In this document: one piece after another, positions 18,669 through 28,600 of the stretch
How positions within the stretch are numbered: the first letter of the stretch is position 1
How the letters are laid out: every line of letters begins with the position of its first letter
NCBI GenBank assembly: GCA_016934395.1
Contig: JAFGSZ010000087.1
Span: 6,700-70,699, forward strand
Direction: 5' to 3'
DNA length: 64,000 nucleotides
From: Bacteroidales bacterium
GTDB taxonomy: Bacteria > Bacteroidota > Bacteroidia > Bacteroidales > UBA10428
Translations under genes and position numbers: made by a program
Notes under the pieces: model-generated
Database searches by the model: none
What the model was told of the DNA's origin: nothing
Seen by the model: the letters and a program-made list of their open reading frames with translations, nothing else

Positions 18669-20243
18669 TTATTCCACCCTGAACCATTCAAATTCCGTAT
18701 ATCCTTCACTTTCTGTTATATTCGGATTTATACAAAACAATCCGACTTTAGCGCCAATCCAGACTCCTTTTTGTGCCCTGAACTCTTTGCCTATTAAATT
18801 ATATTTGATATTATCAGTACTGTAACTGAAGTGACAAATCCCGTATTGATTTACAAACACCCTAAGATAACAGGTGTTTACATCCAAAGGAATTGATTCA
18901 ATTTCCCTGGTGTCATCCTCACATCGAACATAACTTCCTTCATACATACCTATTTTAATTTCGTCTCCGGTTTTGGTGAGCGCCAGGAAGGCCCATTCTT
19001 TTCCCATAATAACCAGTCCGCTGCGATTATTATCCTGCATTTCTGTAAAATTAATTTTTGTGGTTACCGTAAAGGACGGGGCAGGAAATTTTTGTAATAG
19101 CAGGTTAGGGACAAACCAGAGGTTTCCGTTCTGTGTAAAATTCTTCACCGCATAGAGCCTGAGGTTTCCCTGATTTTCCGTTATTGAATACCAATTTCCT
19201 TTCGGATTGGCATGCCACTGCCACTGAAGGCCTAACGTGCTGTTTTCAAATTCATCAGAAGTCTGTGGAACCAAAATTCCGGGAGATGCCGAAACAGCCG
19301 GCTTTTTATAAGAATCCACCGGTTCACCAATCCCGTCGTTATTATTATCAACTCCAATCAAAGGCCATCCATCCTTCCAGCTAACCGGTTGCAGATGTAC
19401 GATACGGCCGTATAAATCCCGGTCCTGGAAATGCATAAACCACCATTCGCCCGAAGGCAATTCTACCAGTCCTCCCTGATGGGGCCCGTTAATTTCCGTA
19501 TTTCCCTGGTGTAACACCACCCTGGATTCATACGGCCCGTAAATATTTTTCGAACGCAATATAGTTTGCCACCCTTTTGGCACACCACCTGCAGGGGCAA
19601 AAATATAATAATACCCATTCATCTTATAAAATTTAGGGCCCTCAATGGTAGGCTGACTGATATCCTTGTATAAAGAAACCCCGTTATCCAGAATTTTTTT
19701 TCCGTCGGGGCTCATTTTGTGAAGAAACAATTCATTACCGCACAATTTACTGCGCACCAGGTAAGCATTCCCGTCTTCGTCCCAAATCGGACAGGGATCT
19801 TCCCATAGTGCCACATTTTCAATATGATGTAAATTCCATTTCCCGGCAGGATCGTCTGCTTCTGCCATAAACAGACCTTCGTGGGGAGTGCAGAAATACA
19901 CGTAAAATTTCTGATTAAAATGCCGGATAGCCGGCGCCCAGGAACCTTCGCCATGAACCGGCTTATTATATTTCTCAAAGGGAAGTCTGTCGTAAACATG
20001 GTTGATAATCTTCCAGTTTACCAGGTCTTTGGAGTGTAATACCGGGATGCCCGGCATACAGTTAAAACTTGAACTCACCATATAAAAATCCTCACCTACC
20101 CTGATAATATCCGGATCGGAATAGTCGGCAAAGATCACAGGATTTTTATAAGTGCCGTTCCCCAATTCAGGAACCCAGGGCTGTGCATGAAGGTTTAAAC
20201 AAATAATTAATCCGATGGGGAACAAACGATAAATTTTTTTCAT
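18669..20243 (-). CDS. GH43 glycoside hydrolase (beta-xylosidase/alpha-L-arabinofuranosidase type) with C-terminal beta-sandwich domain
   Basis: 524 aa with a signal peptide. Motifs: NPVIFADYSDPDIIRVGEDFYMVSSSF, WAPAIRH, EGPKFYKMNGYYYIF. It carries a C-terminal jelly-roll domain. Confidence 0.85.
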   Translation of the reverse strand: MKKIYRLFPIGLIICLNLHAQPWVPELGNGTYKNPVIFADYSDPDIIRVGEDFYMVSSSFNCMPGIPVLHSKDLVNWKIINHVYDRLPFEKYNKPVHGEGSWAPAIRHFNQKFYVYFCTPHEGLFMAEADDPAGKWNLHHIENVALWEDPCPIWDEDGNAYLVRSKLCGNELFLHKMSPDGKKILDNGVSLYKDISQPTIEGPKFYKMNGYYYIFAPAGGVPKGWQTILRSKNIYGPYESRVVLHQGNTEINGPHQGGLVELPSGEWWFMHFQDRDLYGRIVHLQPVSWKDGWPLIGVDNNNDGIGEPVDSYKKPAVSASPGILVPQTSDEFENSTLGLQWQWHANPKGNWYSITENQGNLRLYAVKNFTQNGNLWFVPNLLLQKFPAPSFTVTTKINFTEMQDNNRSGLVIMGKEWAFLALTKTGDEIKIGMYEGSYVRCEDDTREIESIPLDVNTCYLRVFVNQYGICHFSYSTDNIKYNLIGKEFRAQKGVWIGAKVGLFCINPNITESEGYTEFEWFRVE

Positions 20244-20281
20244 GGATTGTTATAGTTATAATAAAGTATACACTATTCTTT

Positions 20282-21415
20282 TCAAAGTTTTCCTTCCTTC
20301 TTTTCTTTCAACACCTGTTTCACCATTTTTCCGAAATCTTTATCTTTTTTTCGTTTTTCAGCTATAGTCGACTGAAAATGCTCTTTTTCCCGTTCCAGTT
20401 TCAGAAAATTGTGATAGTCTTCCTGATTTAGTTCCCCGCTTTCAACAGCGGCACGCACAGCACAACCGGCTTCATTGATATGGGAACAATCGGAAAACCG
20501 GCACATATTTGATAATCGTGTAATGGTATCAAAAGTCTGTTCCAATCCATTGCCGGAGTCGGCGATGCCAACTTCTCTCATTCCCGGGGTATCGATTACT
20601 ATTCCTCCATCTTTGAGAACAATTAATTCCCGGTGACTTGTGGTATGTTTGCCTTTATTGGTACTCAGGCTTATTTCACGGGTTTTCAGATATTCGTTTC
20701 CTGCAAGGTGGTTGATCAGAGTGGATTTCCCAACCCCTGAAGATCCCAGAAAACAAAAGGTTTTTCCTTTTGTAAGCAAATTTTTAATTTCCGTAAATCC
20801 CGAAAAATCTTCATTGCTTACCGGAATTACCTGAACATTCAGATCCCTTGACTTAATGCTGCGTAATATTTTATCCAATTCGGTATTGCCCAAAAGATCA
20901 ATTTTACTTAATAAAAGAATGGGATCAACCCTGGCTTCATAACATAATGTAAGGTAGCGTTCCATCCGGTTGATATTAAAATCGCGGTCGGCAGCCTGCA
21001 TGATAAATGCAAAATCAATATTGGCAGCAATAATTTGTTTTTCACCAAACTTCCCTACAGCCTGTCTTTCAATAACAGTGTTCCGGGGAAAAACGGCATG
21101 GATGCTGGCTTTGTCTTCCTCAAATACCTGAAGGGCAACCCAATCGCCCACAGCAGGGAATGCAGACCTGTCGGTTGCAGCATATCGAAGATTTCCGGTT
21201 ATTTCCGATTCATACTCCCCCCTGTTATTTTTAACTATGTATCGTTCTTTATGTTCTACCACCACCCTTCCTACGTCAAAGGATTTATCGATATTTTTCT
21301 TCCGGTAGAGTTCAAATTCTTTTGTATATCCCAGATCTTCGAGAGTCATTTCAGATGATATTATTTTTGGTTCCCATAAAAGTAAGGTTTTCACTTTAAT
21401 ATCGCAAGAATCCAT
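20282..21415 (-). CDS. rsgA: ribosome small-subunit-dependent GTPase A
   Basis: P-loop GSSGVGKSTLINHL, circularly permuted GTPase order, and C-terminal zinc knuckle CRFSDCSHINEAGCAV. The true start may be the internal ATG at 21349 (MTLEDLGY...). Confidence 0.9.
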   Translation of the reverse strand: MDSCDIKVKTLLLWEPKIISSEMTLEDLGYTKEFELYRKKNIDKSFDVGRVVVEHKERYIVKNNRGEYESEITGNLRYAATDRSAFPAVGDWVALQVFEEDKASIHAVFPRNTVIERQAVGKFGEKQIIAANIDFAFIMQAADRDFNINRMERYLTLCYEARVDPILLLSKIDLLGNTELDKILRSIKSRDLNVQVIPVSNEDFSGFTEIKNLLTKGKTFCFLGSSGVGKSTLINHLAGNEYLKTREISLSTNKGKHTTSHRELIVLKDGGIVIDTPGMREVGIADSGNGLEQTFDTITRLSNMCRFSDCSHINEAGCAVRAAVESGELNQEDYHNFLKLEREKEHFQSTIAEKRKKDKDFGKMVKQVLKEKKEGKL

Positions 21416-21647
21416 AAATACAGATTTCTATAACTACAGAATTTAAAGGAATTGAAAAATTAAAACAGATGAAGGATATGAAATCTATCAAAGGCAGGAT
21501 GGCATCTCAGTATTCAGCTACCTGGAACATTATAATCGTTTACGACCACGGCAGGAAGATATTTTAAAACATTTTAAGTGAAATATTTCCGGTTTATTAA
21601 ATAAAATCTCCGATTAAAATTGCCAAACCAGGATTCATTAGAAATCA

Positions 21648-22664
21648 CTAATATCTGTCAAGGAATCTATAACGACGAACATTATCGCCTAATTTCAAGG
21701 CTAACATAACCTCATGAGAACCATAGGAATAGTTAAGTAATCCTTTGGTGCTAAAATCAAAAGAATAGCCAAAATAAAATCTGCTAATTATTAAGCCTGT
21801 TGAGCCGACAAAAGTCATCCCGGACCGGTAACCCAACCCTAACCAAAACTTATTATTATAAATATATTTTAATGAGGCATCCAGCTGAAATCGCAATTGA
21901 TCAGTAGTTTTAAGGAAAATCGAAGACTCCAGCACATCCTGATCATTCACATCATAAATATACCCTCCAATTAAACTATACTGTCTGTTTAGAACAAATT
22001 CTGAGTTTTCACTAATACTAAAATTAATTGATGCCTGTAATATTTGCAGAATTGATAACCCAAAATATTTATTACGGTCGGTATAATAAAAACCAATATT
22101 TGCATCAGGAATGGATAGAGAAATAATGCTGTTATAGATAGGATCATCTGTTGCATTGGTTAGTGTTAATTCTTTTGTATCAATCACATACGACAAGTAT
22201 CCAAGCGACATACCCATTGAAAATTGTGATTGTCTTCGCAGCTGAAAATGATATGCATAAGAAATTTGTGCCCCGTTTTGAGCAATTTGTCCGGCGTGAA
22301 AATTGTATACGTTAAGGCCCAATCCTACCCGTCCATTACGTAAACGAGCTTTATTTCTATTTCTAACGGAAGCATTTCTATTGATATGACTTTGTTTCAT
22401 CAATCTGGTTTGTACACTGGCCGAATAAACCTTGGGGGCATCTTCAATACCAACCCATTGGTTCCTGTTGGTAAGACTTATTGAAGTAAAACCTTCAGCG
22501 CCGGCTGCAGCCGGGTTCAATAAAAACGGATTAAATGTATATTGACTGTAAACAGGTATTTGTTGTGCAGTACTATTTATTGGCGAGCATAAAAGTATAC
22601 TGCATGTAATAATTATGAGGAGATAATTATTATATTTTATAGTTTTATTGTTATTAATGCTCAT
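21648..22664 (-). CDS. PorP/SprF-family type IX secretion system membrane protein
   Basis: 338 aa with a signal peptide. The family-typical start is AQQIPVYSQYTFNPFLLNPAAAG. The rest is beta-barrel-like with alternating-hydrophobicity segments. It lies 26 nt downstream of the type-B-CTD gene. Confidence 0.85.
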   Translation of the reverse strand: MSINNNKTIKYNNYLLIIITCSILLCSPINSTAQQIPVYSQYTFNPFLLNPAAAGAEGFTSISLTNRNQWVGIEDAPKVYSASVQTRLMKQSHINRNASVRNRNKARLRNGRVGLGLNVYNFHAGQIAQNGAQISYAYHFQLRRQSQFSMGMSLGYLSYVIDTKELTLTNATDDPIYNSIISLSIPDANIGFYYTDRNKYFGLSILQILQASINFSISENSEFVLNRQYSLIGGYIYDVNDQDVLESSIFLKTTDQLRFQLDASLKYIYNNKFWLGLGYRSGMTFVGSTGLIISRFYFGYSFDFSTKGLLNYSYGSHEVMLALKLGDNVRRYRFLDRY

Positions 22665-22690
22665 TATATATCAATTTTGAAATATTGTAA

Positions 22691-23698
22691 TTATCTGATA
22701 AGCGTTATACTACCAACGATTTCTTTTGAACCATCACCCGGATTAATAACATAATAATAGGCATTCACCGGTAAATCTTTTCCGTTCGATTTACCATCCC
22801 ATGGTTTTGAATATCCATTTTCAGATTGAAAAACGAGGGTTCCCCACGGATCGTAAATCCTAACGGATAGGTTTGGATAATTATCATATCCATTTATCAG
22901 CCACAGGTCATTATATCCATCCCCATTTGGAGTAAATGCATTCGGTATGATCAAATCAAAACGGTTAGTACACTGCAATATTTGGATAGTATCGTTCCCA
23001 ATACAGCCATTTGAATCGGTTACCTTAACCCAGATTTGACCATCACCTTCCCGGGCGATGATATTTCTGGTATTCTCGCCGTTACTCCAATCGAAATACC
23101 CCTCAATATCACCGGCATCAAGCAATAACTCATCAGATGCACAAAGCATTGTATCCCCACCCAGATCGATTAATGGCGGTGGACTTACAATCAATAAAAC
23201 AGAATCGCGAATAGTACAACCATTCTGGTTTGTAACCTCTACCCAATAGATTCCATTTTCGTTCGCTACATAGGTAGATGCTGAACTGCCATCCTGCCAG
23301 AGATAACTATCATATCCTTCACCTGGATTAAATTCAATCTGTTCGCCCTCGCAGATCCCTCTTACTTCACCAAGGTTCACAAAAGGAGACTCATTAAGCT
23401 GAATTGATATTTGAATATTATTTCCTAAGCAACTTTTAGCTGTTTCTTCATATACAGTAATCGAGTAGTTGCCCGGAACATTGCCCCAGTTTACTGTGAT
23501 TATATCGGCACGGGATTCAGAAACAATCTGACCGCCCTCAACCATCCAATTAAAACTTGAACCCACATTACCTGTTACTTTGTACTTAATGCCTTTCTGG
23601 GAAGTACAAACCGTATATTGCCCCTGAGCATTCAAGGCAATAATCGTATTTATAACGACCAGATATAACAAATATGTAACAAAGCTTGTAATCTTCAT
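22691..23698 (-). CDS. T9SS type-B sorting-domain (gliding-motility-associated C-terminal domain) protein
   Basis: 335 aa. Order: signal peptide, a PKD-like module (YKVTGNVGSSFNWMVEGG...ITVNWGNVPGNYSITVYEET..CLG), then two ~70-aa Cys-containing repeats (Y.W.dGS...G.YwV.VT..NGC). The C-terminus is IPNAFTPNGDGYNDLWLINGYDNYPNLSVRIYDPWG...GKDLPVNAYYYVINPGDG...ITLIR. Confidence 0.85.
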   Translation of the reverse strand: MKITSFVTYLLYLVVINTIIALNAQGQYTVCTSQKGIKYKVTGNVGSSFNWMVEGGQIVSESRADIITVNWGNVPGNYSITVYEETAKSCLGNNIQISIQLNESPFVNLGEVRGICEGEQIEFNPGEGYDSYLWQDGSSASTYVANENGIYWVEVTNQNGCTIRDSVLLIVSPPPLIDLGGDTMLCASDELLLDAGDIEGYFDWSNGENTRNIIAREGDGQIWVKVTDSNGCIGNDTIQILQCTNRFDLIIPNAFTPNGDGYNDLWLINGYDNYPNLSVRIYDPWGTLVFQSENGYSKPWDGKSNGKDLPVNAYYYVINPGDGSKEIVGSITLIR

Positions 23699-23833
23699 GT
23701 GAAAAAAATGTGTTAAGTATTACTCCTTAACATGTTATTTATATTTTTAATAGTTACTATCTTATTGTTTCTCAATCTGTTCATTAGGAATTATTATTTA
23801 AAATGTCTTTTATATCGGGTATCCTGTTCTTCA

Positions 23834-24520
23834 TTATAATTGAATTATACTCGAAGTGTTTGGTGTCGGATCAATTGTAACTGTATATAATCGTTTTGCT
23901 GCATCAGCCTCGGATCCTGTATAATTAACCGTATAATTATCAGGTGTGGTAATTGATGTAATTCGAATGGTATGGTTTGCCTGTGTTGTACTTGAAGGAT
24001 TTATAAATCCGTCAATATTAACAGTTGTGCTGTTACCTGCCGGAATAGTTACAGTTTGTTCAGCAGCGCCATCGATACTGTAACTAAAACTCCATGCCCC
24101 TGCTACACCAGTATAATCAGCAGTAATGAAAAAATCACCTGTCTGGTTATCTGTTTTCGGACATTGAATTGAGCTGGTCGAATTCCATTTTATATCCATA
24201 TCAACCACGCTTACCAGAAGAGTCTGGTTATTACCTGCACAACCTGACACAAGTCTTGTAGGATACACCGTAATGGTATACATTCCCGGTGCCCCATCCC
24301 ATAGTATATCATTAGATATAGAATCAGTACCAAAAATAGATGAAGTACCTCCAGGAGTTACTGACCAGTTATAATTATAGCTAGCTACTGCAGGAATGGG
24401 AGATACCGTATAGTGATGTGTAGATCCCTTAGTTACCTGAACCTGAGCATTAGAAAAAATAATACAACAAAATAGGAAGACTGTAACCAAACAACTGTAA
24501 ACAATACCTTTTCTCTTCAT
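23834..24520 (-). CDS. secreted two-domain (PKD-like + beta-sandwich) protein, uncharacterised
   Basis: The likely start is ATG 24520 (MKRKGIVYSCLVTVFLFCCIIFSNA-QV); the track ORF extends to 24562. The N-terminal module (STHHYTVSP...YNYNWSVTPGG...ILWDGAPGMYTITVYPT...GCAG) is paralogous to modules in the three neighbouring genes. Confidence 0.6.
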   Translation of the reverse strand: MKRKGIVYSCLVTVFLFCCIIFSNAQVQVTKGSTHHYTVSPIPAVASYNYNWSVTPGGTSSIFGTDSISNDILWDGAPGMYTITVYPTRLVSGCAGNNQTLLVSVVDMDIKWNSTSSIQCPKTDNQTGDFFITADYTGVAGAWSFSYSIDGAAEQTVTIPAGNSTTVNIDGFINPSSTTQANHTIRITSITTPDNYTVNYTGSEADAAKRLYTVTIDPTPNTSSIIQL

Positions 24521-24817
24521 TTTCCTCTCTTGTAAATCTTTTCCCCTTTTTTGCATGTTCATTCAGATACATGATAATAATGCACTGCCTTATAAGTCAA
24601 CGAGATGATTCATTAACTTCATTAAGTTTTCAGGTATTATCTGAAATCTCTTAGAAACTCAGAGGATTCCACAAAGAGAAAAGAATATTATCTCTTTGCG
24701 GAATTCACTTTGTGTTTTTTAGTTGCATAAAGACCTTTATCACCTGTTGCGCAGTATGCTTTACAAAACTCCCTGAAAAGTAGTTTTTCAAAAGCAGACT
24801 AAGCAGTCACTAAATTA

Positions 24818-25588
24818 TTAGTCGTGACGTATTGTTGTTGTTGCAGGTATTGACCAAACAGCAAAGGCATGAGCATTTGTTGCTTCAATAGTTAAGTCTC
24901 CTCCGTAGGAATCTTTTGCACCTGTAATAGTAACAGTTCTAGCCAGGTCATCGGTTGTTGTTGCATTAGCAAGGAATCCAACTCCGGCCGGGATATCCAG
25001 TGTAGCACCAGCATTAGCAACAGAGATTGTAGCTGTACTCGTTGCTCCGGCTATGGTATATTGAACATCAACAGTTATAGGATACGAAACAGTACCTGTA
25101 TATGCTAAAGCCAAAGAATATCCGCCAGCTGCTGGACACTGGTCTGTACCTGTTGCAGTTGAAAATTCAACAGTACCTGTTGGACCTACAAAAACATTTA
25201 ATGATTGTAAAGTACCCGCGCAGCTTCCAAAAGCGGCAGGATTGGTTTCCTGAAGATCAACAACATAATAACCGGCCACTAACCATTCAATATTCTGAAG
25301 CGCATCATTTCCGCCAGCAGTAATATTATAATCAATACCAGCAGTTGCCGCAGCACCCTTTACGTAGGATGAATTCGCTGTATAAATGGTCCATGTATAC
25401 ACGTTAGGAACAGCGCCTCTAACTGTATATGCAACGTCATAAATATGCGTTGAATTAACCCCAACATTATGCGGTGTTGCCAAACTTGGTTGAGTAGGAG
25501 GTGTAGTGGTCTGGGCAAATGAATACCCTGTTAACATAATAGTCAGTAACATACTGCCTATAACTTTTATTAAATAATTTGTTTTCAT
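24818..25588 (-). CDS. secreted two-domain (PKD-like + beta-sandwich) protein, Thr/Ala/Gly-rich, uncharacterised
   Basis: 256 aa with a signal peptide (MLLTIMLTGYSFA-QT). It has the same two-domain layout as the 23834 product (STHIYDV...YTWTIY...NIEWLVAGYYVVDLQET...SCAG, then ..DQCPAAGGYSLALAYTG..). It lies 47 nt downstream of the giant gene. Confidence 0.6.
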   Translation of the reverse strand: MKTNYLIKVIGSMLLTIMLTGYSFAQTTTPPTQPSLATPHNVGVNSTHIYDVAYTVRGAVPNVYTWTIYTANSSYVKGAAATAGIDYNITAGGNDALQNIEWLVAGYYVVDLQETNPAAFGSCAGTLQSLNVFVGPTGTVEFSTATGTDQCPAAGGYSLALAYTGTVSYPITVDVQYTIAGATSTATISVANAGATLDIPAGVGFLANATTTDDLARTVTITGAKDSYGGDLTIEATNAHAFAVWSIPATTTIRHD

Positions 25589-25635
25589 AATGTTACTTTT
25601 TTTTGTTTATTTTTAAAATATTTAGTTTACTTCAA

Positions 25636-28600
25636 TTAATTTTCTTCTAAATCATGATAAATAGGGCTTGTAGGCGGTAGAGTATAAACTGTAACATCCA
25701 ATGTAAGTGGAGAACTTGTTCCGCATCCATTAGTTGTTGTAACACTTAATGTTCCACTGGTTGCGATATCACTATAATCTAAGGTAATCGAATTACCAGT
25801 TCCATTTAAGGATACTCCGGTCGCGGTATAATTCCAGTTATAGGTTGCAGTTGCATCATTGTTTACGGAATACATTACACCGGCAGTATTCTGACAGACA
25901 TAGTCCAGACTTGAAATAAACATGCCGGGTTGTATGGGCAATAGTGGAAAATTAATGATCACATTATCGGAAGAAGTACAGGCACCATTACTTATTGTCC
26001 ATCGCAAGGTATAGGTGGTACCATTGGTACCATTAAACAAGCTGTTAGTAACAGTAGGTTGTACCAAAGTTCCACCTGCCCCGGTAAGAATGGTCCACAA
26101 GCCTGTACCTAAGACCGGAACATTACCTGCCAGCGTGGTACTTGTTCCACCGCAAATTGATTGATCAATTCCGGCATCAGCTACAGTTGGTAACGCGTAG
26201 GTGGTTACCGTTCCCGGATCAACAACACCTGTCCTAACAGGACCGGCATCCGGGGGATTATTATATGTAAAACTGGTCAACTGATATATTGCCCCTGTTG
26301 CCTCGGTTGGTAATAAATAAGGAAGCGAACTGACAGTAACCGGCGCCTGGGCTATTCCATTTTTTGTATAAGAGAGAATATAATTAAGATTAGCAGGAAT
26401 AGTGGTTGTAAAAGACACAGGTATTCCATCTGTACCACAAATTGCTCCTGCCGGGGTCAGCGAAGCCCTTGGTTTTGTACTGTTGATACAAGCCACGGTA
26501 TAGTTCCCTGAAATTGCTGAAGGGAACGTAACCCTGGATGAGGTATATACAGTGCCATTATTATTGTCCCCTATTGTTCCGGAACCTATACTCTGCCAAC
26601 TACCGACTCCTGTATTATAGCCGGCTACATACATATCGCTTAATCCATTCTCAGTCATCAGCGGTGTTAAATCGCTTAAAGGATCCCATTGTATATTAAC
26701 AACTGCCTGGTTCCCCGGACCGGCTCTGACTGCCCAGTATTCCTTTGCATTAACATACGATAAGGGTGAAGTAAGATTCGTTGAAGTTGGATTGGGCGTA
26801 AAATATTCGGCTGTCCATAATAAAGTTCCTGTCCGGGTGGATGAAAGTGACATTTTACTCCCCAATGTTGTGCCTTTTCCGATAGGGAAAAGGAAGCTAT
26901 CTCCCTGGTTAATTTTTTTAATTAAAGGGCCATTCACAAAAGAGGATGAGCTGCCGGCAGAGGGAATTACACAGTTTATAGCTACATTGTTAATTGTAAG
27001 GGTATTGGCTGAATCAGTTTGAATGGTTCCATTTGTTAATAATAAGTTACCGCTTACTTCAATTTCTCCATTGGCATTAATGCTAAGTCCCGCAGGATTG
27101 TTTATTTCCAGGTTATTAAAACTGTTTGTTCCTGTAAAATCACCTAAAGACCCGCCAATGGTTTGAGCTTCAGAACCCGAAAACGATACGGTTGCCCCTA
27201 CGCCGGAACCACTTATAAAGGCACCTGTATTATAAAGTTCCATAGTACCCAAAATGGTAAGCTTGCGATTATTTATGCTGTTGTCAAGTACAGGGCCATC
27301 GATTATAAGCTTTTTGCAGATAGTAAGGTCTTTATTGGGCAACGTTCTTTTGCCACTGCCGGTAAAATGCAGGTTCGGAACAGAACTGAAAAGATCTGCA
27401 ACGATGCCATAATCTGAACTACCTCCATATTCCAGGGTGCTGTTTCCAGAACAATCAAAAAAAGAGTTGTATTTTCCTGCCGGGAGAGTACTGCCTTCCA
27501 AATAGAATGTTCCGTTACCATTAATGGTACCCAGGTTATGTCCAAAATACGGGGCAATTATATTGAGCTTTCCGTTTATTGTTGTTCTGTAGGCAGAACA
27601 AAAACTGGCATCAACATTTATGTCATGATCAACGATTACCACAAAACCATTGGGTCCTCCCGGAGGACATGGATACGTATCACCCCCTGTCTGCACCCAG
27701 TTGTCTTTATCAGACCAACTGCCATCAGCCAGACTTGTATATTCAGGTACCTGATTTGGTATAGCAATATCAATACCAGCTGTATATTCACCACTAAGGT
27801 TATTTGAACTGGTGTAGTTATACGATATCCTATTACCGGTTTCATCAACATTATCAGTTCCCGCTCCAGGGGCAGCTTTAATCCAGCTCGTACCTGGTAT
27901 CAGCAACCGCGCTGCAATAAAATCGGCTTCGGAATTCGAACCGCTTACAAAAACATCAGCATCCTTATAATTAAGCGCCAGCTTGCCACTGAATCCGTTA
28001 ATACCTGAACTTTCAACCTCCCAGAAGTATTGCAGTACATTGGCAGCATCAAGAATCCCTGGATGGTGACTGTTAATATTATTTATCCGGATTGAGCCAA
28101 CGTTTGTGATTGAAGTATACGTTAATTCGGCAGGTGTATATTTTGAGGCTGTACCAATAGGATAGGTAAAAGATAACTCAGGGCCACTATATATACTAAA
28201 GAATTTTTTTATTCCCACGTTACTGAAAACTCCGTCAGAGGCAATCATTTTGGTTGAATTGAATGAACTTCCCTCAATATTGCTGTTCACTCCAAGAGTA
28301 AGTAAGTACTGATTGATATTAAAAACCCCATTGGTTAATATAAGGTTTTTCTGTAAAGTAATGTTGTTCAGAATTCTGGCGCCTTCGGTGTTATCCAGTT
28401 CCAGACGGCCAAATGTTCCGGTGCCGGAAACATGTTGCAGCGATGATCCGTTCAGAATTAATCCTCCCGTGCCGGGATCGCCATCGTAATTGGCATTGTT
28501 TACCATATCGCCTTTCACGTTTATTTTAAAGGTGCTTCCCAATAATTGCCCGGCGTTAAGGGTAAGATCGTTGAATACGGTGATGTCTCTGATTAAAGAA

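Noticed and set aside
23834-25588. The two small secreted proteins as type V (FimA/Mfa-like) pilins.
   Set aside because: Type V pilins are lipoproteins with a lipobox Cys and a protease-processed N-terminal strand. Both proteins here have ordinary signal-peptidase-I-type signals (SFA-Q and SNA-Q) and PKD-like modules, so that assignment has no support.
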